64,000 nt of DNA from Paramecium tetraurelia (Eukaryota): contig CT868658.1 of assembly GCA_000165425.1 (NCBI GenBank), positions 124,001 to 188,000 on the forward strand, read 5' to 3'. The notes below the pieces were generated by a model. The model searched no databases. It was not told the origin of the DNA and saw only the letters and a list, made by a program, of their open reading frames with translations. Within the stretch, counting starts at the first letter, position 1; each line of letters opens with the position of its first letter. Positions 53,936-64,000 of this stretch are shown here, in pieces. The translations under genes were made by a program, and so were the position numbers.

Positions 53936-55431
53936 TTTCTTAAGTTTAGGATTTGTATTAACTTATTTACAACAAACTGGTAAATAAGGAATCTCTTGAG
54001 CCTTCCTTGCTCACAAGACTACATACATAGATCTTTTTGTAGAATGTGGAGAAAAATTTAGAATTGGAAGAGTTTTATTATGATATTCTTAGAAAGCACA
54101 TCGAAAATCATCATTCGATTTCACCTGAACAATTGGAAATTCTAGTTAACATAGTGTACTATCTTGGTGTTTTCATTAACTAATAGTCACTATTTACTAA
54201 GGCCTTCCAAATTATCAAGGAAAATTTAATTGACAATCAACCAATCATTTAGAATTCATTATATTTGCATATCCTTTAGGCTTGTGGCTCTTAAAATATA
54301 TGTTTGAAACCAGGTTATCAGTTTTTCAATATAGATATCAATAACACTTATTTCAAATCCCGATTCCTTACACCTTATCTTGATTCAATAACCTAAAGAA
54401 TACCAAAAGATAATATTATATAATTCATTAAGGATGAATAATAAAATATCAAATTACTTCATCCTTAATCAGAGGATTACATTATCTATGAATTAAAATT
54501 ATTCATTATCCAGCAATAACTCAAAACTGTAGACTTCAATTTAAATTCCCAAGAATTATTTAATTTATTTACTTTTCTTCGAATTGAAGATAAACACCAA
54601 TACAGCATCAAACAAAAGCTATCTAATATAGAAAGCAAAGATAATTAAATAAATCCCTTCTATTAATTGGCCATCATATATAAAACATTTCTTTCACAAT
54701 ATCTTAATTTAGATTTTGATCAATTTTTTGAAGTCTTCAAAAAGCATTTAAATAATATATAAACATTTTATTAAAATGAAAAGCATATGCTGATTGCATT
54801 AAATGAAACAATTGAAGAATATTTAATAAAAAACAATGGTTGTTTACAGAAATTGATCGAATCTTATGATGAAGATATTGGCTATTTTTCTTAATGTATG
54901 AGTCAATCGATCGATCACTTTGTGATTTTAATGATGGAAAAACTGTTTACATTAGTTTCCCCTTATAAATCCAATTTTAATTTATCCTTGTAAATTGCTA
55001 AGATTTCTAAGATGTCCTAGTATCACCATAAATAAGTGGATAAATTTAAACTAAAAGAATTAGAGAAATATTTAAGAATAGCCTAAACATCCCTTAAACC
55101 ATTATATTTACCTTAGCCTTAATTTATATCGTAGACTGCTGAACTAATCTCGGATATTCCATATTAATTAGTGCCATACTTGCCGAAAGAGAAGGATAAA
55201 CGATATCAATTATCTGCTTATGGATATGCTGAGGTCACATATAAGGAGAATTACACACTGGTGGTAACTACAAAACAATTGGTTTCTCTGTTTCATCTAA
55301 TAAACAATAATATTAAATAGGTTGATTAAAATAATTTGATTATATTCAAAAAAATAGGTTTAATAAATCCAGATGGAAACTTGAATTAGGATTGGAATCC
55401 AACTCATAAATGTTTGATATTATTTAATTGA
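53932..55431 (+). CDS. divergent, C-terminally truncated cullin-like protein (499 aa, intronless)
   Basis: Helical N-terminal region, then KRYQLSAYGYAEVTYKENYTLVVTTKQLVSLF, resembling the cullin-homology strand motif; ends LNQDWNP...LFN*. Confidence 0.55.
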
Positions 55432-55714
55432 GAGTTTAACAATAGAATACTATTTTCATTTTCATTTCAAAAATGTTCTCTAGATTTAAATATTCAAATA
55501 GTTAAAAAATAATACGTTTTATTTGATGACGAGAGAAATCTATAAATTACATTTTTGAATCTGAACTGTAGGTTTCTTGGACCGACTTCAGTAAACGATG
55601 TAATTATTTAACTTAATTCTTATTTTTATTTCTTATTTTCTTACTTTCTCTTGATTGTTTAATAATTTAGATTATTATTATTTTTGTTTTCTTTACATGT
55701 AACCTAATGTTTAT

Positions 55715-58700
55715 ATGAATGAAATCAGGAAGGAGAAGGAGTGGCTAGCAAATTAAAGATAAGAAATTCTTCAGAAAAAAGAATAAAATAAATTGCCTAA
55801 TGGAGAATTCGAATTTAAACCACCGAAGACAATTGAAGATTAACTCGAGGAATTATAGGTAGTCTCCCAATTTATCATAGCAATAATGCTTAATGGGTCT
55901 TTATGATAAGAAAATCACAATTAAAGGATATAAGGGAACTTTCAAATTGGAACATTGGAAAATGATTGAATTACGTTAAAGAGGCAACTCTTCGATATAA
56001 TAAATAAGATTCATAGACACGAAGCTGGAAAAAGAAAATTTAATGATACTACCTTTGTGGTTTAGTTGGGTGAAGCCTCAGAATCTAGTTATTGAATTTT
56101 AACATAATGAATTAGATGATTAATGTGTTGAAGAATTCATTTTTTAAATTTTCGAAAGAAATATCAATTTATAAAAAGTAAAACATAGAAAAACTATTGA
56201 TTAGATGTTTTTAATAAGTAATCCTGGTGTTTATAAGGGGTTTCTGCTTAGAAAATTAAAACATTATTTGGTCAAAAAGTACGAGAACAACATGGACTAC
56301 TATTATTTGTTATTAAAAAACAAATCCAAATTATCATTTGCGATCATAAAAATATATCGGAATTGGCAAGTGCAAAAAATAAGGGAAGAAAGAGAACTAG
56401 CAATGAAGAAAATAGATCAAACATATTATTTTAGTTTTAATTTATCCAATTGTTTTACTCAAATTAATTGGAAAGGCTTTGAACATCTAATAAAATGCAC
56501 TTATAGCTTTGACAATTTAGAGCAAATATCATCTTTAGATATATCTGACAATTATCTAGGTACTTAAAGCAGTTTCAATAATGCATGCCAGAATTTAGCT
56601 ACAGCTAAAGGACTGGTAACATTGAAACTCAAAAACCAACCACTGTTTCACAACACTACAGCCATACAATAACTGATTGGAGACAGATATGATAGTCTGA
56701 GAATCAATCATTTAGATATATCAGATAATTCAGATATTTTTGAAAAGGCCTTTTAACTATTGGCTGATGACATATTTTTGGAATGTAAAACTATCAATCT
56801 AAACAACTCATTAACTGAGAATAATAGCACTCTCTATAAGTTGTCCATTTTGATCTAAGCCTTTGAAAGGTAGAATAATATATTTGAGGCTTAGGAAAAG
56901 TCTTAGAAGTCTAGTTTAGGTATGATATGATTCATTATTTAAGGAAAATATAAGTATAAAAGTAAATTGCAATCTTTAGACTTGTCAAAGGTTGAAAATT
57001 TTAATAGATATGATTAAATTGAGGTGTTATTGAAAACAGTGGTTTTTTCTGAATACAGTAATGTTAGGACACACAGTAAAAAATTCATTTTATGTAGCAA
57101 TATAAAATTTGGATGTGGGAAGAACTGAAATTTATTGTAAAGCTTTGAATTAATTTTAATCTGACTTCGTTTTGAGAAAATCCAAAATTCCTAAATATAA
57201 AGATTTCAAATTGAATTTAAAACATCTAGTTTTAATAGACACAGAACAAGAATACACAATGAAGACTGATGTTTTGAAGCAGTTCTTTTTGGATTACCTT
57301 TTCACAAAAGAGAAGTCACTTCTCCAAATTGAGAGTTTTAAATTTATTAAAAGTTTTACTAAGAAAAATAGGAAAGAAGCTTTCAAGTTAGCTGCAGCTT
57401 ATATATTGGAAGCTGTCCACAAGAATCCAAATCTATAATTTTCGATAAATGACTTGAAGTTTTTTTCGGCTTAATTGGAATTAGATTTGTAAACATTTAA
57501 ATGTTTGTTACTAATTCCAAATATAAAATTGAGGGTTTTTAAATATTTTAAAGACTCCATGAAAGTATTACTTTAAAAACATTCATATAGGGTGATGGCA
57601 ATATATATTTAAATGAACTTGGAGGATTTCTTTATTCTTAGCCCGAATCCTTTGTCCACAGTTTATAAATCTTAAAATTAGATACTATAACTGGAATATC
57701 TTTCGACGTAAGCAAATTGATCAAGCTCTTAATTTATTGTCCTAAACTCTAAATCAAAGAATTTCATTTTTATAAGATCAAACTCACCAAATCCAGCTTA
57801 TCAGCCAGAGAACTAGAGTTACACCTCTAAAATTCTGTTGATCCAAATAGAATCATTGGATTAAGAAGTTTGAAATTTGGTGATTTCTAAGAAGCAGGAG
57901 AGGAGGAGTTCTTTAAATACATAGTCTTCAGTAAGCTCATTAGATTGAAAGAATTGATATTAAAGAATATCGACTTTAATCAATTGATTCAAAATCTATA
58001 AGCATCAATAATACCAAAGAACATCAATCCCTTAGAAGAACTACAAATTTTAGAATTCGAGGATATCTATGTGTAATAGAAAGAATTGTGGAATTAGCTT
58101 TCTAAAATATTTATATTTTAAAACAAAAGGTTGGTTTCACTCACATATAACTCAATTAATGTTGATATAAATTTCAATTTAGGCATGACTTAATCAGCCG
58201 CATAATATATTTCTTAAGCCAAATCCTCTCAGGAGAAGGAAGACTTCCTTTTACCAATTACAGAATTAAAATTTATTGAATGTAATTTAAACAGTGATTT
58301 TTTATCCTATTTCTTTCCCATTGCTAAAATAGAAAAATTAGAGATTGTAAAATGCAAAAATGTCTAAACAGCTATGCTTAAAGTTAGAGAAAATTACATT
58401 GATGAAATTAATTAGTTTGCTTTAAAATAATTCACTTTGAAGAATTGTGAATTAACAGATATGAATTTATTTGAATGGATGGTCAATTATTTAATTTTGA
58501 ATATAGAAAGATAATAACTTGACACTTTAAATTTGATCCATTGTAATTTAAATGATGATATGATTATTATTATTTGCAAATAATTACAACAAATCACAAG
58601 CAAAATATTCCAATATAAAAGAATTTTCTCTTTGAGATAGATTAATTTTTCTCAAAATGATAAAATCAAAGAATTGTAATGGATCAATGTATTTTTATTA

Positions 58701-61700
58701 TTATCTTTCATAGTTATTTAATACTATTTTGAATTAAAATTAAACCATGCAATATGAATTAGTAGCCCAAGATTCACTTCGAAAAGATGAAGTCAATGTC
58801 TTAATCAATGAAAATTTATTGTTTGTTGATTAAACACTTCTGAATTTAAAATAAAAATTGTACTACAATCATAAAATTTTCAAACCCAACTTTCCAAAAT
58901 AACTCAAGAAATTAGAGATTGATTTAGGATTGATTAACCAATTTAAGAACTAGAATAATGAGTCCAATTTCCAATAATTAGAATTCAAAAGAAGCTTATA
59001 TTAAAGGATCATTACTGGGTTTATTATCTATCCTGAAAGTTAATTGAAAAAATTAAAACTGTCTAATGTAGATTTGGATCTATTTATGCTATGTTGTAAC
59101 AATAGCATTGAATTCTCTTAGAAGTATTTGGAATTATCTTTGACGAGTACACAGAAATAGCAATTTATCAATATCGAATAAATACATATACACTAAGTAA
59201 CGACATAAAGTAGAATAAGCATTGAATAATTCTTTAAGCTGTTTCTATTTAATCATTAAGTGAATTTGAAGAAATTATCTATTCATGGTTTTAGAGAATA
59301 ATTTTTATAGATTTTTCTCAATTTAAGTGAATGCAGAACCAACTATGTTCTAGAGGAGGTGTCCTTTGAGAATTGTGAAGATAAGTTAAACGAATCATAA
59401 ACTCAAAGGTTCATTGAATAATTAATTGTCGGGAAGGTATTTCCAATTAAGAAAATAACCATCCCCAAAGGAGTAATATTTGATTAAATAAAATAATTCG
59501 ATCTGAATCAAGCAAATGATTGTAAAATTGAAAAAATAAAACTGTCAATTGAGGATAAGGGCAGAAACCATATGTCAACTATATATAAGATTTTCTCCTT
59601 GTTATTTTGTTAATTGTCAAATTTAAAGAAGTTAGAAATCACAACTTAAATAGCAGATAGCATATTTCAGCATATTTATGAGGTTTGCAAGGCTGATAAG
59701 TTAAAACTTGAAAGCCTTATTATTAATGGATAATTAAGCGTTGACATGGAGTTTTTTCATTTTATTTTTAAATCTGTAGAAACCTTGACTCTCTTGAAAA
59801 TATAAAAAGTGATTTATTTAAAATAAAATGACGCCAATAACCTATTGTAACAAATATACAAAAAGCCTATATAAGGGAGTGTAATTGATCTTAACATAAT
59901 CGAACATGAAGACACTTACTTTTTATATTACAATTTAATTTTTAATGAGATGTTTGGATTCACTAATTTAGTTTTAAGAGATCCTCAAAGTTTTGCAAAT
60001 TTGCAATTAAGTTATTCCATATTTAAAATCAGATACTTAAAGTTGGATATGGGAATCAACTACAACTCAAATGTCCAATTAGATAATGATGCCTTGACTT
60101 TAATTTCGTCGAAGATGATTTACAGTGAAGATAGCATATTGGAAGAACTGGTTTTAATGAATTGTGATTTGAGAGTCCCTGCAATTAAAGCTATAGTCAG
60201 TCCTGCTGAAAAGTTAAGGGACAGAATCAGTTACTCTAGTAGATAAAAATCCTTTTATATGAGCATCAAAAGAATTTGCATTCTGTTTTCTTTTCACATC
60301 GGTCAAGAAGGGATGGACATACTGTTCAATAATCTAATTTATTTCGAATATGTCAATATTGAAAGAATTGAATTACAAGCAATAGAGTTGGATGACAAAA
60401 TCGTAATTGATATGATTAAACATGCGACAGATTGGTTACATTTTTAGAAGAGGAACCAAAGACAATTTGGTAAGATATTCCCGATTCGGTATTTGGATAT
60501 AGGAAAAAATGAATTATTCTAAGATAAAGCAGTGTGGTAGAAATTTCTAAGAACCTTTGTTTTCACTGATAAAACACCTTATTTAGAAATATTGAATCTA
60601 CATATGATGGCATTGAATGATTCAATAGCCACTCACATTGGTCATAATGCATAGAAATTTTTGAATTCAAAAGCACAACAATATCGTTTTCCCTTGAAAA
60701 GATTGAATTTCTCAAAAAATAACTTTTTAACAGAGATTGGATGGGAGAATATATTTAATAATTTTATCTTCCACCCAAAAGTCTATTTGATTGAATTGAA
60801 TTTGACTAGTACGTAATTAGATACAGATGAAAAATTAAATAAAATTTTATTGGCAGCATAAAAAAGAGCTTAATTATCAAAAAATAAGAAGCTGCCTTTG
60901 TATACATTCTTATGTTATAATGTAACATTAAAGGATTAAATTGCTGAATACATTTCCCCAAAGCCTAGTCAATATAAACCCCCTGATGATTTACCTATAA
61001 AAATAGATTATAAGGGATGCAGATTAGGTATCTTTGATGAAATCCCAATTCACTTGGGAGATCAAGTGGAAATTTTAAATTAATTAATATATAACAGGAA
61101 TGAATTGATAATCCCGAATCGATTAGACTTTTGTGAATGCTTCAAGTTTTCAAAGTTTCATTTAAATTTTATAGAACATTACTTAAAAATAATAAATCAA
61201 CTTCTAGGTGAAGACTAAAATTCAATTGAACTCACCTTGAATTTAGCCACTCTGAATAGCTTTTCTAATTTATTTAGATATACAACCGAGAAACCAGCCA
61301 AACCATTTCCATACTTTATGCTCTTTTAAAGAGAAGCCTACATTTTTTTAAGCAAATCCATAAATAAAATAAAGAACATCAACTTAATAAAAGCAGAATC
61401 ACAATCCTTAGAAGAATTACATTAATTTGATGTATTATAGATTTGGGAGAATATTAAATATTACAAATGCAATGTAGATTAGATTTTAATGGAATACACT
61501 TTGAATGATGATTTGGTTGAGAGGATGCTTTAAAAAGGTTACACTGAGAGAGATGTGATTTCCCTCTGTAGGTTGATCCCACCATCGAATGTTAGAATAC
61601 AAGGCACATTAAGCATTTAGGCAATAAAAGGGTTGTATTCGATCCTATATGACACGTATTACTTTCAATATTCAGTTATTGATTACAAATTCGATAATTT

Positions 61701-63152
61701 CTTAAATATTGGCATAGGATATGGGTTAAGAGAAACAGCATATAGAAAAGTTGAAGGCAGTTCATGGTCAAACCTTTATAGAATGATTCAATATAACTTC
61801 TATGATATTTTCGTCAAGCCAACTCAAAAGTATGTATTTGATGAATAAGTGGTTGCATTAAATCAATATTTGTCAAAACAGAAATTAAATTTATTGCTAC
61901 TAGTATTTACTAACTTTCTCTTCTTTGCTGCAGCAATTGTAGCTCCTTTTTTCCTGATTGAATTTGCAACCAAAGAAAACGAATAGCAATGCCAAGTAAC
62001 TACAAGTTACTAGTAGTATTATTATTATGCAGCATTTGCATTTATCTCAGCATTGATAGAAGGGTATCTTTATTTTTCGATCTGTGAAATCATACCTGAA
62101 TACATAACGTAGATGGAACATGCTCTGCAATTCAATGAGTCAGAAATCAAAATAACCCAATATAAGCAATCAAATATTACACTTGAAAGCAATAGGGCCA
62201 ATCTGACTGATGACAAGATGGCTAACTCGTAATTCAAATACAGATACAGACAAAAGATAGAAAAGTCATATAAATCCTTTTTATCAAAAATCAATAGAGT
62301 GGGCAAATCTAAATTTGTTACTTAAATTAATAGGATCATTCAATTTTCAATGTCTTAATTATTTAAGTTTGATCTCTTTGGTGATGTAACCTTCATTTTA
62401 GTTCTATAGAATTGCAATTACAATGAATTATTTTATTTGACTTGCATCATCACTGGATTTACATAAGGAATCAATTTTATTTATTTTCTCTACTTAATCA
62501 CTAAAGGACTTTTCTAATCTAGTAAGTCAATCCAATAATTATCATCCCAATTCATTAACGAGTTCTATTCCATTGGATTCCTAGGAAGAAATTCTGCTCT
62601 ATCTAATTTATTAGATTCCATTGCTCCTTATAATGTGTCAGTCATCCCCAATAATAAATTAACCAGGGCCATCTTACCAAATTAAGCAGGAAAATCAATG
62701 AGCAACCTAGTTAAAGTACAAATTTAAATTAATAATAACTTAGGGCTACTTCTTTTAGTTTATTTTTGAAGATTTGCCTCAAATAGTGATACAGACATAT
62801 TTTACTGTGAACCAAGCTTGGAAGTAAGAAGGGGAATTGGAATTCCTAACATATCTAAGAATTGCCATCTCCTTATTAACAGTTGTAACCTCTTTTATAA
62901 GGTAAATACTGATTAAAATAAATTAGATTTATGTCCATAAGACCAACAATTTTAGTGTAAGATGATTTTGATAAATTAAGTGATAGAAAGAAATTTAATT
63001 ATAAAAATATAAGAAAAGAATTATTACAAAATGAAAAAAAATAGCTAGCAATTTATTCAGAGTTCAGTTCCCATCCTTCAAATGAACAATATGAACGTAA
63101 TGCAGATGAAACTCATCCCTTAAATTTATAGTAATCATATTAAATTCCCTGA
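55715..63152 (+). CDS. very large LRR (RNI-like) protein with C-terminal multi-pass membrane domain
   Basis: Many LxxLdLSxN repeats (SSLDISDNYL, HLDISDNS, TLNLIHCNL, RLNFSKNNFL); TM helices from ~61890; FDLFGDVTF and FEDLPQIVIQ motifs; short introns; about 2400 aa. Confidence 0.8.
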
Positions 63153-63839
63153 AGCAGAAGATATCATGAATTAAATATTATTTATTAACCACCATACTCT
63201 CCTGTAATCAAATTTCATTTAATTTTACATTAACATATTTTTTATTCATTTTTTAAAAGCAATTTATTCTCATAAATCTCCGATCGATTTACAGTAATTA
63301 ATACTGAAAATTATAAATGGTTAACCAAAAGTAATTTACAGTAGGATAAAATGTCAAAAAAATTATGTATTTCATTAAACATATCTTATTCACCTATGTA
63401 TGAAAACAACCCTTAAAAGTAATATTGATGATCAGAAATTAATCTCTCCAATTTTGATATAAATTTACATATCTTCATACATATATTCTAATATTTCTAC
63501 TTAGATTTATGTCCATAGACTTATCAATTATAAATTACTTTAACATTCATAATCTGTATCAGACTGCAAAGTTAGTTATTAGCTCTTAATGAGGATTAAT
63601 TAATGAAAGATTGAAATTTATTAAAAATGCTTAGGAAAACAAGTCAAGAACAACTTCACCTTGATAGAGAAGTGGAGAATGGTTAGTTACTATCAATTAT
63701 TATAGAGAGCAGATTGAATTGCATAATAATAATGTACACAAAGTATATAATAAATAATCGTTTCTAAATGAAAACGGATAGTTGATTTAAAGTGATTAAG
63801 TTGATTGATTGATGGATGTGTGTAGCAATAATTTAATTA

Positions 63840-64000
63840 ATGAAGATTGCCATATTGCTTATTTTAGCTGTTTCACTCAATGCAGTCTCAACAGACTTGA
63901 ATAGATAGGCCTAGAAGCATGTTGATGCCTTAATGAAAACTAATTGGGGACAAACCATCTTACAATTGGCTGAATTACATGCTCACACAGGAGGAGTTTT
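63840..64000 (+). CDS. trichocyst matrix protein precursor (5' part, runs off window)
   Basis: Signal peptide MKIAILLILAVSLNA, then LMKTNWGQTILQLAELHAHTGGV, typical of the TMP/Grl family. Confidence 0.75.

Overview
AT-rich, gene-dense eukaryotic DNA that reads only in the ciliate nuclear code (TAA/TAG = Gln, TGA the sole stop) and is interrupted by 20-34 nt GT(A)...(T)AG introns. This is the signature of a Paramecium macronuclear chromosome, supported by a trichocyst-matrix-protein gene at the right edge and an epiplasmin-like gene. The supplied standard-code ORF track is therefore fragmentary or misleading. Manual translation gives about 38 tightly packed genes or gene remnants. These include two kinases, two kinesin-fold genes, ciliary genes (CFAP418, a DNAAF5 N-half, CFAP119-like, ODAD1/ODA-DC2), TVP23, GCDH, a TLDc protein, a HECT ligase, a GAF protein and two very large membrane proteins. 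No tRNA, rRNA, CRISPR, telomere repeat or transposon was seen. Most notable are a catalytically degenerate pseudo-kinesin about 1 kb upstream of a canonical kinesin, a DUSP-AZUL-HECT fusion ligase, a giant LRR protein ending in an XK-scramblase-like membrane module, a divergent truncated cullin whose ATG overlaps the upstream stop (ATGA), a rhodanese-DSP pseudophosphatase, a half-length DNAAF5 and a decaying PIG-M pseudogene. All family assignments come from motif recognition by eye. No database search was run, and exon boundaries are manual predictions.
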